Shown: piece by piece, positions 1-9,662 of the stretch
Numbering within the stretch: position 1 is the stretch's first letter
How the letters are laid out: the number at the start of each line of letters is the position of its first letter
Virus record (IMG/VR): IMGVR_UViG_3300035698_018388
Length of the DNA: 35,526 nt
Origin: an uncultured virus (IMG/VR IMGVR_UViG_3300035698_018388)
Taxonomy: Duplodnaviria; Heunggongvirae; Uroviricota; Caudoviricetes
Direction: 5' to 3' (one strand)
Notes under the pieces: model-generated
What the model was told of the DNA's origin: nothing
Database searches by the model: none
What the model saw: only the letters and a program-made list of their open reading frames with translations
Position numbers and translations under genes: made by a program

Positions 1-2
1 CT

Positions 3-152
3 GGCGCCGACCATGCCAATCATAGTCATCAGGGTAGTTTAGTTTATGGAACCGGAGCAAATCCACCCCAAGGAATAATTAGAGACTTAATCGAAAAAGA
101 AGAAAAACCAAAAATTCATCCATCTAAACTCCTAAGGAAAATAGTATTATGA
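3..152 (+). CDS. Hypothetical protein, 5'-truncated by window edge
   Basis: Frame open from 3 to TGA 150-152 (GADHANHSHQ...KLLRKIVL*); stop overlaps the primase ATG (ATGA). Confidence 0.5.
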   Translation, partial: GADHANHSHQGSLVYGTGANPPQGIIRDLIEKEEKPKIHPSKLLRKIVL

Positions 153-1078
153 CAATCATAGATCTTCTAAAAGAACAAGGAGTAAGAATCTGGACTGAAG
201 GAAAAAATGTTAGAAAAGGATGCGTAAATATTCAGTGCTGCTATTGCGATGATAAAAGTAACCACCTTGGAATAAACAAAAGAACACTAAAATCAGATTG
301 CTGGCGATGCGGTGAAAAAAACATATACTCCATTTTAGCAACAGTAACAGATTTATCCAAAAAACAAATAAGAGAAGAAATTAGAAAAATCCGTTCTGAA
401 AACAAAGGAGATATATCTTATGAAAAAGAATCAACAACAAAGGATACAGCATCAATAACCCATCTACCAAAAGAAGCAATAGATATTTTTCCAAAAGGCC
501 ATATTAGATACCTTAGAAAAGAAAGGTGTCTTTCAAATAATCGAATAAAAGAAATAATATCAAAATATAAATTAAAAGCCGTTCATACAGAAAGCAAATA
601 TAGATTCAGGATTATTATCCCTATATACATGAATCATAAACTCGTTGCTTTTACTTCAAGAGCAATATCTAAAAAGCAAGAACCAAAATATTTAAACTGC
701 ACCCCAAAAGATTGTTCCTTAAATCCAAAATGTCTTATTTATAATTATGATACAATTGAATCCGGTGGAAACGCTATCGCTGTTGAAGGCCCAACGGATG
801 TATGGGCTCTTGGAGATAAGAGCTTTGCATTGTTAGGTGTTGAAACAACAAAAGAACAATTGACGATGTTAATAAAAAAGAAGATCAAAAAACTATTTGT
901 TTTCTTTGATAATGATGGTCCGGGTAGAAGAAGATCATATTTCTTCGCAAGGAACATGTCGCATATTTGCCGCAATGTTACAAATATAAAATTAAAGAGG
1001 GGGACAAAACTTGATCCGGGAGAATTAACAGAAACAGAAGTAGAAAAAATAAAGTATGATATTAATTTTTATAATTGA
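149..1078 (+). CDS. Phage DNA primase (Zn ribbon + TOPRIM)
   Basis: N-terminal CCYC...H...CWRC; RIIIP..FTSRAI..PKYLN; TOPRIM VEGPTD and FDNDGPG; KLDPGE. Confidence 0.9.
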   Translation: MTIIDLLKEQGVRIWTEGKNVRKGCVNIQCCYCDDKSNHLGINKRTLKSDCWRCGEKNIYSILATVTDLSKKQIREEIRKIRSENKGDISYEKESTTKDTASITHLPKEAIDIFPKGHIRYLRKERCLSNNRIKEIISKYKLKAVHTESKYRFRIIIPIYMNHKLVAFTSRAISKKQEPKYLNCTPKDCSLNPKCLIYNYDTIESGGNAIAVEGPTDVWALGDKSFALLGVETTKEQLTMLIKKKIKKLFVFFDNDGPGRRRSYFFARNMSHICRNVTNIKLKRGTKLDPGELTETEVEKIKYDINFYN

Positions 1079-1089
1079 AGGAGGATAAA

Positions 1090-1470
1090 ATGGGAGAACA
1101 AAAAGTTACAAATAAAAACCTTGAAGATATTAAACGAGTTTTAAAACACCCGTCTCTTTTAGTCTCAAAAGAAATGGTTCTATCCTTTGGAATTAAAACC
1201 GCTGTATTCTTATCCTTTCTTCAAATAGAACATGAAAATTTTGAAGATGAAAATAAATTAACAAAAGATGGATATTTTTATTGTGGAAAAAGAAAAATTG
1301 AAAGATCGACAAAAATTTCGTTTAAAGCCCAGACGAAAATTATAAAAACTCTAAAGAGTACAAAGATCATAGATGTAAAAAAAAGAGGTGTTCCGGGGAA
1401 ATACTATTATAAAATTCTTCTTGGTGTTGAAAAACATAGAAAATATTCTAATATGATGGAGGCAATATGA
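1090..1470 (+). CDS. wHTH protein, paralog of the N-terminal domain of the next gene
   Basis: DGYFYC...Q.KIIKTLK...VKKRGVP.K.YYKI shared with 1467..2666; SD AAGGAGGA at 1078-1085 favours ATG 1090 over TTG 1075. Confidence 0.7.
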   Translation: MGEQKVTNKNLEDIKRVLKHPSLLVSKEMVLSFGIKTAVFLSFLQIEHENFEDENKLTKDGYFYCGKRKIERSTKISFKAQTKIIKTLKSTKIIDVKKRGVPGKYYYKILLGVEKHRKYSNMMEAI

Positions 1471-2666
1471 AATCAGAAAATAGATATAAACAAATGGTTG
1501 GAGGTGGGCGATTTCATATCATAAGTGAAAATTGGAGAATAATTCTTGGATTAAAAGCAGCTTTATTTATTTCCGATCTAAAATTAAAATATAGTATATG
1601 GAAAAACAATCTTGATGACGACGGATATTTTTATTGTACCCAAGAAAAAATTCAAGAGGATACTGGCCTTACTCCAAAACAACAACGCAAAATAATAAAG
1701 ACGTTGAAAGAACTAAACGTATTAGAAATAAAAAAGAAGGGTGTTCCTAAAAAAAGTTATTACAAAATAAATTTTGATGCAGAAATGGAAGCGATAAAAA
1801 AGGGCGCAACTGAACAGGCAAAAAGTGCCTATACAGATAGGCAAAAAGTGCGTAAAAGAATTAATACTAAAACAACTAATAACTATAAACATAAAGAAGT
1901 TTATAGTTATGCTAACGAAGATAAATCTTCGTTAGATAATAATTTTTCCTCTGGAAAAATAAAGATTACAAGACGGAATAAAAAACCACGATTAAAAAAT
2001 AATCCTATTGATGCCGTTGATAATATAATAATAGAACATTGGAATAAAATGGGTATTCCATTTACAAAAGCTAATTTGGATTCGCATACAACAAGAGAAG
2101 CAAAAAAGATACTTGAAAAACTATTTAGAAAGCATCGCAGTAATATCTATAAAGTATTTGATAGAGCTAAAGAACATATACAAGCAACTTCATTTAGAAA
2201 GACTCCTAAAATATCATTAAAAAACTTTCTTCAGGTTGATCCGGGTTTGAAACGATTTAGCAAATTTTATGAAAATTTCAAATATAGATCATGGTTTCAT
2301 GTTTTTAATAAATTATCCGATAAAGAAATATATAACGAGTTTCACTCTTACAGAATAAAATATCCTGAAATCGTAACGGCATTAAAAGAAAGATTAATGG
2401 GCATAACCGGTCAAAATGATTTTACTCCTCTTGAAATAAGAAACATTATATTTGCCTCTAAAAAAATAAAGAACCTATCAGATAAAAATGAGATTAGTCA
2501 TTCCCCGTTTATAAGTTCAATGGAACGGGAACTTAATAAAAATAATGTAGCAAGAGAGGAGATAAGAATAAACAAAATTGGCTTCGCTGATTATTGGGAT
2601 AAGACGATCCCAATGGAACTGGTCGATTACCGTCTTTTTGAAAGTTTAAGGGAGATTAAAAGATGA
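1467..2666 (+). CDS. Putative phage replication initiator / replisome organiser (N-terminal wHTH)
   Basis: DGYFYCTQEKIQEDTGLT..QQRKIIKTL wHTH pattern; low-complexity linker with DNA direct repeats; lies between primase and helicase. Confidence 0.6.
   Translation: MKSENRYKQMVGGGRFHIISENWRIILGLKAALFISDLKLKYSIWKNNLDDDGYFYCTQEKIQEDTGLTPKQQRKIIKTLKELNVLEIKKKGVPKKSYYKINFDAEMEAIKKGATEQAKSAYTDRQKVRKRINTKTTNNYKHKEVYSYANEDKSSLDNNFSSGKIKITRRNKKPRLKNNPIDAVDNIIIEHWNKMGIPFTKANLDSHTTREAKKILEKLFRKHRSNIYKVFDRAKEHIQATSFRKTPKISLKNFLQVDPGLKRFSKFYENFKYRSWFHVFNKLSDKEIYNEFHSYRIKYPEIVTALKERLMGITGQNDFTPLEIRNIIFASKKIKNLSDKNEISHSPFISSMERELNKNNVAREEIRINKIGFADYWDKTIPMELVDYRLFESLREIKR
1793..1851. repeat. Iteron-like direct repeats, 23-bp period
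   Basis: AGGCAAAAAGTGC at 1816-1828 and 1839-1851; degenerate GATAAAAAAGGGC at 1793-1805; AT-rich tract follows. Confidence 0.6.
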
Positions 2667-4273
2667 TTGAAAAAGAAGAAATTAATAATAAAAATGAAAT
2701 GATGATTATTGCCTTTATGATTATGAATGATGATGTTATTGGTTCGGCATTTTCAAGATACAAATCTGGCGAATTAAAAACAAAACACCTATCACCATTT
2801 TTTCGGCCTTTGTTTCGATCTATAATAAAGTACTACGGCACTTTTAACAAAGCACCAAGATATACTATTTCAGAAATTTTTAGAAAGATAAGAACAGATA
2901 AAGATTCAAAAATAATAATGGATGAATATCTTGAAAATATGTCAAATGAATATGCTAAAATTGAAGAAGACGTATCTGTAGATACAGATTATGTAATAAC
3001 AGAAGCAATCCCTGAATTTATAAAGGAACAAGAAGGCCGGTTAATGTTAGACAAAATTGGCAATGCAATAGAATCAGGGAGAACAAATTTAATTGATGAA
3101 GCAGTAGATGATTACATCCGGGTATCAGATGTAGAAGAAGATGAAACTCTTGGGACATCTACTCCATATTCAATCGATGCAATTAACAGTTATTATATGC
3201 GTGATCCATCAGAGAAGATCATAATGCGGCTCAATGGTGCTGTCGGCCAATTAATGCCACCATTTTATCGGAAAAAATTAACAGCCATGACCGGCGTTGA
3301 AAAGGCCGGGAAGTCAACAACAATGATGGATGTTATCTATTCTGGAGTAAAGAATTTTAAAGCATCAGCCCTTTGGATTAATTGTGAAATGGATGAAGAT
3401 GATTTGAACGAAATGTTCTGGCGAAGATTAACAATGACCGCTTCTGATAGGGAACATGGAGGCCGAGTAATATATCCAATTTTTGATTGCCTTAATAACC
3501 AGCTTGATAGATGCGAAATTAAAAAGTCTTTGAATGGTGGGAGACTTCCTAAAAATGACGCTATTGCTTATTATAGCAAAATAAAAGATGGGTGGAAAAT
3601 ATGCACCCAATGTAGAGGACAAAGAAAATTTACAAAAATGACAAAAAAGTTTATTCCTGCAATATGGTTTGATTCCACAAGAATCAAAGTAATCAGAAAA
3701 AAGATAATAAAAAGAGCAATCGAAGAAAACAAGTTTATTCGATTAAATAAAATAAGAATAAAAACATTCCCACGGCTTGCAGTTAAATTTACGGATGTTG
3801 AAAATTATATAAGGAAATATATTAAAAAGGCGGAGTTCACGCCTGACCTTCTTGTTATTGATTATCCTGATATTATTGCTCCTGAAGAGGGGAAACTTTT
3901 AGACCGGCAAAATGTAGATTTCATTTGGAAGAAATGTGCTGGTATGGCCCACGAATTAAATTGTAGTATGATTGTTGCAGATCAAGCAGTAAAGACCGCC
4001 AGAAATAAACGTTCTATATCAAGAGGAGATACAAGCGAAAGCAAAACAAAAGATGCCCATCTTGATACACGGATAACAATGAATATGACAGAGCAAGAAG
4101 AAAAGCTTGGGATTTTAAGGTATGGTTTATTATACCGTAGAAAAGGGAGGACAACAACAGAACAGGTAATGGCATTACAACGGCGAGAAACCGGAGAAAT
4201 GATGAGGGATTCAGAATGGTGGTATGGGCAGGGTAAAAAAGAGGATTATTTTGTCGGTAAAGAAGAAAAATAA
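2663..4273 (+). CDS. DnaB-like (SF4) replicative helicase with Cys-rich insertion
   Basis: Walker A GVEKAGKST, WINCEM, Walker B LLVIDYPD, IVADQ; downstream of primase. Confidence 0.85.
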   Translation: MIEKEEINNKNEMMIIAFMIMNDDVIGSAFSRYKSGELKTKHLSPFFRPLFRSIIKYYGTFNKAPRYTISEIFRKIRTDKDSKIIMDEYLENMSNEYAKIEEDVSVDTDYVITEAIPEFIKEQEGRLMLDKIGNAIESGRTNLIDEAVDDYIRVSDVEEDETLGTSTPYSIDAINSYYMRDPSEKIIMRLNGAVGQLMPPFYRKKLTAMTGVEKAGKSTTMMDVIYSGVKNFKASALWINCEMDEDDLNEMFWRRLTMTASDREHGGRVIYPIFDCLNNQLDRCEIKKSLNGGRLPKNDAIAYYSKIKDGWKICTQCRGQRKFTKMTKKFIPAIWFDSTRIKVIRKKIIKRAIEENKFIRLNKIRIKTFPRLAVKFTDVENYIRKYIKKAEFTPDLLVIDYPDIIAPEEGKLLDRQNVDFIWKKCAGMAHELNCSMIVADQAVKTARNKRSISRGDTSESKTKDAHLDTRITMNMTEQEEKLGILRYGLLYRRKGRTTTEQVMALQRRETGEMMRDSEWWYGQGKKEDYFVGKEEK

Positions 4274-4430
4274 AAAGGGTGTTTATGGCCTTTTGTCCGA
4301 TTAATCCTAACAATCAAAAGGGTCGTTTATGGCCTTTTGAAATATTATAAAAAACAAAAACACTTAAATCCCCTGATATCAGGCGTTTAGGTGGTATAAA
4401 TAAAGGTCATTTTCGGCCTTTTATTTATAA
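4273..4430. repeat. Three imperfect palindromic repeats plus a 12-bp palindrome
   Basis: AAAAGGGT(C)GTTTATGGCCTTTTG at 4273-4295 and 4316-4339; TAAAGGTCATTTTCGGCCTTTTA at 4401-4423; CCTGATATCAGG at 4372-4383. Confidence 0.75.
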
Positions 4431-4454
4431 AAAATCGCAAAAACACGTTATAAT
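4430..4454 (+). promoter_or_regulatory. Putative promoter (TATAAT -10 with conserved upstream motif)
   Basis: AAAAATcgCAAAAacacGTTATAAT; matching copy at 16201-16225; both intergenic. Confidence 0.55.
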
Positions 4455-4528
4455 ATTAGTATGCAAATAAGCCGTTAGCTTTCTCGACTTATTATTTATT
4501 AACCTTAATTTTTAAAAGGAGATCAAAA

Positions 4529-5692
4529 ATGCCGAAAGCAATCGAAAAGAAAGATCTGGTAGGGTTTGCAAAGAAATTGAACAAAAGTGGTCTTGTTGAT
4601 GATGACGTTGCAGTAAAGGGTAGTTTTGATGACATCGCCGAGGACTTCATTCAGGCCATTGAAGACATTGACGACAATGGGAAAATCGACAAGGTAAAAA
4701 GCAACATCATTACTTTTTACGAAAAACTTTTAAAGGCTGTCGATACCAAAGATGATGATGATGATAAGGGTAAAGGCAAGAAAGAAAAGGGCGAGGCCAA
4801 ATCGTCTGATTTCGATGCTGATGCCCTAACCGACACGCTGGAGGACCTTGATTTCAAGGAAATCAAAAAGTACTGCAAGGCAAACGATTTGCCCAAACCG
4901 GACAAGGCCGAGTACGAGGATGATGAAGACGAAGTCATTGTAGCTATCGTTAAGGCAATGGCTGAAAAGGCTGCTTCCGATGCGGTTGATGACGACGATG
5001 ATGATGAAAAACCGGCTGCATTCGATGCTGACGCCCTGACCGAAACATTAGAAGACATGGACGATTTCAAGGAAATCAAAGCGTTTTGTAAGGAAAACGA
5101 TCTGGCCAAACCCAAAAAGTCCGATTATGAAGACGACGAGGATGAAGTGGTTGCGGCTATTGTTAAGGCAATGTCCAAAAAGGCCGACACCGGCAAGGAC
5201 AAGACCGATGACGATGACAAGGGAATCAAGCCTGATGAACTTCAGGCAGCCCTTGAAGATTGCGATTCTGCAAAAGATGCCAAGGCTCTTTTGAAAAAGT
5301 CCGGCGTTGATTTCAAAATCAAAAAGTCTGATTGGGATGACGACGAGGACGAAGTTATTGAAGCCATTGTCAAATCTTTGGGTAAGAAAGACAAGGGTAA
5401 AGGGAAAAATAAGGGCAAAGATAAGGACGATGCCAATTTGCCTAAAGGGATCAGAAATGGGACAGTCGTTGCAGTCGCCTACACCGCAATTAAGGAAAAC
5501 CCCGGGATCACATGGGGAAAACTGGCAACGATCTTTGCAAAGGCCAAAGGCAAAGATACAACCGCAGAAAAGGTCAAGGGTTCTGCATTTAGAACGGTAT
5601 CCAGAAAGGTTGCGGCGGTCGTTCCTGTTTGTGTTACCTTTTCAGGCAAGGATGAAATGAAAGCAACTTTTACTCTTTCGGAAGACGATTAA
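4529..5692 (+). CDS. Acidic/Lys-rich repeat protein, three ~50-aa helical repeats and possible C-terminal wHTH
   Basis: FDADALT.TLED..FKEIK..CK.NDL.KP.K..YEDDEDEV..AIVKAM twice plus a diverged third copy; strong SD; GC-richer codons; followed by terminator. Confidence 0.8.
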   Translation: MPKAIEKKDLVGFAKKLNKSGLVDDDVAVKGSFDDIAEDFIQAIEDIDDNGKIDKVKSNIITFYEKLLKAVDTKDDDDDKGKGKKEKGEAKSSDFDADALTDTLEDLDFKEIKKYCKANDLPKPDKAEYEDDEDEVIVAIVKAMAEKAASDAVDDDDDDEKPAAFDADALTETLEDMDDFKEIKAFCKENDLAKPKKSDYEDDEDEVVAAIVKAMSKKADTGKDKTDDDDKGIKPDELQAALEDCDSAKDAKALLKKSGVDFKIKKSDWDDDEDEVIEAIVKSLGKKDKGKGKNKGKDKDDANLPKGIRNGTVVAVAYTAIKENPGITWGKLATIFAKAKGKDTTAEKVKGSAFRTVSRKVAAVVPVCVTFSGKDEMKATFTLSEDD

Positions 5693-5730
5693 CAATTAGT
5701 TCATTATAGTTATTTATAAATAAGAAAGGC

Positions 5731-5770
5731 GGGTAGGAGGCAACATCGCCTCCTACCCCTCTTTTTTTTT
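5731..5770 (+). terminator. Rho-independent terminator
   Basis: 11-bp stem GGGTAGGAGGC (5731-5741) / GCCTCCTACCC (5748-5758), T9 at 5762-5770. Confidence 0.9.
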
Positions 5771-5810
5771 GGTTAATTTTCAGCCCCACTAAATTCTAAG
5801 GAGAATTAAG

Positions 5811-6551
5811 ATGAAAACAAAAATCATGCGTGAAAAATTACTTTCGATTCTTAAAGAATGCAATTTGAATGGAACCATTCCTGAATGTGTTTTAGCAATT
5901 AAAAAAGGCCGGGGATCAATAGAGGCGATTGACATCACCAATACTTTACTCTTTTCATCTACCACCAAATTGGGGTCGGATAAAGGGATAAAGTGTGAAC
6001 TTGGATTGGGCAATATAGATATTCTCGTAAAATTTTTGTCCTCCTCTTCTGACAAAAATGTTAACTTAAAAATTGATGATAGCACAATGGATATCAGATA
6101 TCAGGGTGGGAGCCGCCGGTTAAAATACAATTTAACAGATGCCACTTTGATTTCTTCGACAACAGATCCGAATGATGAAATATTTAAAAAAATTAAAAAA
6201 CTTTTGAAGTTCTCATGTGAAATAAATGACAAGGAAATAAAAGACCTACTTTCATTTATTACATTAACCCAAAATGCCCAAGTGAAAATAAAAATCGAAG
6301 AAGAATCAATAAACATTGTTTGTGGTAATGAAGATGAACATAATCTATCATTAACATTATCTTCTGTTTGTGATAGTGACGATAACGAATTCTCTATGAT
6401 CGTCAATGGGGAACTTCTTTCAAAAATACTCTCCGTTATAAAATACGATTCCGACAACAAACCAAGACTTCTTTTCGGAGAGGATGCCCCGTTGGGAATT
6501 AAAACTAAGAATGCATTCTGGGCTTTGACTCCGCTATCAGAGGAGGAATAA
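5811..6551 (+). CDS. Sliding clamp (PCNA/gp45-like)
   Basis: 246 aa two-domain size, beta-rich, C-terminal PL...WALTP resembling PCNA ending; directly upstream of clamp loader. Confidence 0.7.
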   Translation: MKTKIMREKLLSILKECNLNGTIPECVLAIKKGRGSIEAIDITNTLLFSSTTKLGSDKGIKCELGLGNIDILVKFLSSSSDKNVNLKIDDSTMDIRYQGGSRRLKYNLTDATLISSTTDPNDEIFKKIKKLLKFSCEINDKEIKDLLSFITLTQNAQVKIKIEEESINIVCGNEDEHNLSLTLSSVCDSDDNEFSMIVNGELLSKILSVIKYDSDNKPRLLFGEDAPLGIKTKNAFWALTPLSEEE

Positions 6552-6554
6552 GGC

Positions 6555-7493
6555 ATGAAAGAATTAATATGGTATGAGAAACACCGGCCATCCAAACTAA
6601 AGGCTATGGTGTTGCCTGAAGACTCCAAAGCCCTATTTGACGAGTGGATTAGTGGGGGAGAAATACCACACCTTATATTTTATGGCCCAAGAGGGAGTGG
6701 AAAGACATCGTTATCAAAAATATTAATTTCTGAATGCGCTGGAAAAAGTCTTATCCTTAACGCCAGCAGTGAAGACCGTGGGATAAATACGGTTAAAACC
6801 AGAATCAAAAATTTCGCAAGGGGAAAAACAACAGACAGAAAAAATATAATACTCCTTGATGAAGCTGATGGTCTAACACCAGATGCTCAGATAGCATTAA
6901 AGAATACCATTGAAACCAATCAAAAGAACTGTCGTTTTATTTTAACAGCGAACAATGTTAATAAAATAATCGAAGAACTTCAGAGCCGATGTATCCCTTT
7001 CAAATTCGATGAACTAAAGCCTCGGAAAATATTTAAAATTGTTAAAAGAATTTTGGCAAAAGAAGAAGTTGAATATAAAAGAAAAAAAGATATTGACAAA
7101 TTGATTGAAGAGTATAGCCCGGATATTCGATCAATAATAAACCGTCTTCAGGCCGGATCTATTGGTGGAGCGTTTGATCTGAAAAAGGCATTGTCCTTTG
7201 CCGGAACAAGTGTTGACAAAAAAGTATTAGCCCAACATATCAAAGACGGGAATATCGGATTGATAAGAGGCCTGTTCAGCGGCATGAATGATTTCATCTG
7301 GCTATACGAATATCTCGCTGATGTATTTGTCCAAGAAATACAAAACAAATATGCCGCCGAAGTTATGCTACACACCGCTGAATATATGTATCGTGATCGG
7401 TTTACCCTATTAAAAGAAATAAATGCGGCAGCTTGCCTTGTAGAAATAATGCTTACCATAAACGTAAAGGTGAACTTCGATGTCACCATTTGA
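6555..7493 (+). CDS. Clamp loader AAA+ subunit (RFC small/gp44-like)
   Basis: WYEKHRP, Walker A GPRGSGKT, LNAS, LLDEADGL, FILTAN, SRC motif, DIRSIIN. Confidence 0.95.
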   Translation: MKELIWYEKHRPSKLKAMVLPEDSKALFDEWISGGEIPHLIFYGPRGSGKTSLSKILISECAGKSLILNASSEDRGINTVKTRIKNFARGKTTDRKNIILLDEADGLTPDAQIALKNTIETNQKNCRFILTANNVNKIIEELQSRCIPFKFDELKPRKIFKIVKRILAKEEVEYKRKKDIDKLIEEYSPDIRSIINRLQAGSIGGAFDLKKALSFAGTSVDKKVLAQHIKDGNIGLIRGLFSGMNDFIWLYEYLADVFVQEIQNKYAAEVMLHTAEYMYRDRFTLLKEINAAACLVEIMLTINVKVNFDVTI

Positions 7494-7836
7494 AGAAACT
7501 AAAAAATTATTACTCGGCAATCTGAAAAATATTACTACCCCATATATGATTTTGATTATTCTTAGCTATCAGGCTGAAACCTTTTCAACCGCAGTAGACA
7601 TCCATAAGTTTTATGGCCGCTTGCCATTAAAGTTTTTTGAAAAGATATTATTAGGTGTTGCGCCAAAAGTAGATGCAATACCTTTCTTGAATTATATTAA
7701 GAGAAAAAAGGAAGACAATCTTATTCCAAAAATAATTGATCATTTGCATTGCTCAAAAGAACAGGCTATTGATTCTCTGGTGCTCCTGAAACTTGAAGGG
7801 ATAAATGTCAATAAAATGTTTGGAGATAAAAAATGA
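7480..7836 (+). CDS. Putative clamp loader small subunit (gp62-like)
   Basis: Size, position overlapping the loader ATPase, weak PYMI..ILS pattern. Confidence 0.55.
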   Translation: MSPFEETKKLLLGNLKNITTPYMILIILSYQAETFSTAVDIHKFYGRLPLKFFEKILLGVAPKVDAIPFLNYIKRKKEDNLIPKIIDHLHCSKEQAIDSLVLLKLEGINVNKMFGDKK

Positions 7837-8249
7837 CAATAAGCAAATTTACAAAAACCAAATCACACAATGAATCTATAATTGAGCGCTTTGAAAAGCT
7901 TATTAAAAATTCAAGTAAAAGGGAAATAAGAAAAATAGAAATGGCGTTGTTAAAGCCACAACCAATCAAAAGATATACTGGCAAACAACCGGGGATATCA
8001 AGCTTTCACAAAAAGACAATTGAATTTACTTTTAGTAGTGAAAAATATGTAGAACAAATAGAAAAGCTTATCCGTATCAATAAACATATTCGATTTAACA
8101 CCCATGACACTCACATTTTTGAAGAATTTCTGGATATGATTTCTGCTGAAAAATTAATTATTGAAAACGGAAAATTGATTATGGCCTCTAATTATATTTT
8201 GAAATCTGATGGAGGCAAGCAAACAAAAATTACAAGGAGAAAAAAATGA
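7833..8249 (+). CDS. Hypothetical protein with C-terminal KITRRKK
   Basis: ATGA-coupled on both sides. Confidence 0.7.
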   Translation: MTISKFTKTKSHNESIIERFEKLIKNSSKREIRKIEMALLKPQPIKRYTGKQPGISSFHKKTIEFTFSSEKYVEQIEKLIRINKHIRFNTHDTHIFEEFLDMISAEKLIIENGKLIMASNYILKSDGGKQTKITRRKK

Positions 8250-9658
8250 GCTTGCGTGATGAAATATTTGATGAAGGAAGACGTTTTGTTCTGGAAAACA
8301 AAGGATTAAAACTTGATGATAAAGGTAGACAATATCTAAGCCCAAGAATATCTTCTGAATTTATGGACTGTAGCATGCCGTTAACTTTTGATCAATACTC
8401 TCATTGTAGTCTTGGTTGCATTTACTGTTTTGCCTATTTCTTCAAGTCTTGCAACCAAACATTTTCAAGTAAACTACATACCGTAAATCATACGGCTTTA
8501 ATTGATACAATTCATGGGGAACCAAACTCGGCAAGAAATAAAATAATGTACGAACACTTTTTCAAAAAGAAGTTTTTGTTTCATTGGGGCGGAATGGCAG
8601 ATCCATTTTGTAACTTTGAAAAAAGCAATGGTATTGGATACCAGATTGTAAAGGCTCTTGCCGAAGAAAATTATCCTACATTGTTTTCATTTAAGGGAAG
8701 CGCAATTTTCAAACCCAACTTCCAAAACCTATTCGGCGATTATTCCAAACAAAAAAACTTTGCTTTTCAAGTCAGCATAATTGCACCGACAGACAAACAA
8801 AGCAAGGAAGTTGAAATTGGTGTTCCTGTTACTTCAAGAAGAATTGAAGCAATTAGAATGCTTTCTCAAATGGGTTATTATACCATCCTAAGATTGCGAC
8901 CCTATATAATCGGAATAACAAATGAAGGCATTGATGATCTTTTACATAAATGCCTTGAGGCCGGTATAAGGGCTGTCAGTATGGAATTCTTCGCAATGGA
9001 TGCAAGATCAAGTGTTGGTATGAGAAAAAGATATGAGTGGTTGTCAAAACTCATTGGTGTTAAAAGTTTACAAAAGTATTTTAGGGCTTTAAGCCCATCT
9101 GAACGAGGTGGCTATATGAGATTGAATCGCTTAGTTAAAGAAAAGTATGTCAAAACAGTCTACAAATTTTGCCAAGATAATAATCTTGTTTTCGCTTGTA
9201 GTGATCCTGATTTCAAAGAACTAAATACCTCTGGCAGTTGTTGTGGCATGCCAGATAAATATCCAGCAAATCCATTACTTGAAAATTGGACAAGAGGCCA
9301 AATGACATACATGATAAAAGAAGCAAGAAAAAAACACCACATGCATGGAACACAAGCAAAAATAAAATTTGATTCTGTTTACCATCCAAATACAGATACG
9401 TATTTGAATGAAGTCGAACTTGGTCAAGATCATGTTATGGTTTCTGACAGAACCCAAGCGCAAAGACAAGGAATAACATATTTAAAAATCGCAAAGGAAA
9501 TATGGAATAATCTTAGATCACCGTCAAACCCAAGAAATTACTTTCATGGAAAGGTAATGCCCATTACTATAGATGGGGATGGAAATTTTATTTATAAATA
9601 TATTGAAGATGAATATGAAGAAAAATGGAAATCAGAAGGATTAGATTTGACAAGATAA
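8246..9658 (+). CDS. Radical SAM enzyme (SplB/DNA-repair-like subgroup)
   Basis: CSLGCIYC; GGMADPF; EIGVP..SRRIEAIR.L; LRLRPYIIG; late CCG. Confidence 0.85.
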   Translation: MSLRDEIFDEGRRFVLENKGLKLDDKGRQYLSPRISSEFMDCSMPLTFDQYSHCSLGCIYCFAYFFKSCNQTFSSKLHTVNHTALIDTIHGEPNSARNKIMYEHFFKKKFLFHWGGMADPFCNFEKSNGIGYQIVKALAEENYPTLFSFKGSAIFKPNFQNLFGDYSKQKNFAFQVSIIAPTDKQSKEVEIGVPVTSRRIEAIRMLSQMGYYTILRLRPYIIGITNEGIDDLLHKCLEAGIRAVSMEFFAMDARSSVGMRKRYEWLSKLIGVKSLQKYFRALSPSERGGYMRLNRLVKEKYVKTVYKFCQDNNLVFACSDPDFKELNTSGSCCGMPDKYPANPLLENWTRGQMTYMIKEARKKHHMHGTQAKIKFDSVYHPNTDTYLNEVELGQDHVMVSDRTQAQRQGITYLKIAKEIWNNLRSPSNPRNYFHGKVMPITIDGDGNFIYKYIEDEYEEKWKSEGLDLTR

Positions 9659-9662
9659 GGGG

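Noticed and set aside
4273..4430. Possible CRISPR array
   Set aside because: Only 2-3 degenerate units, irregular spacing, no cas genes
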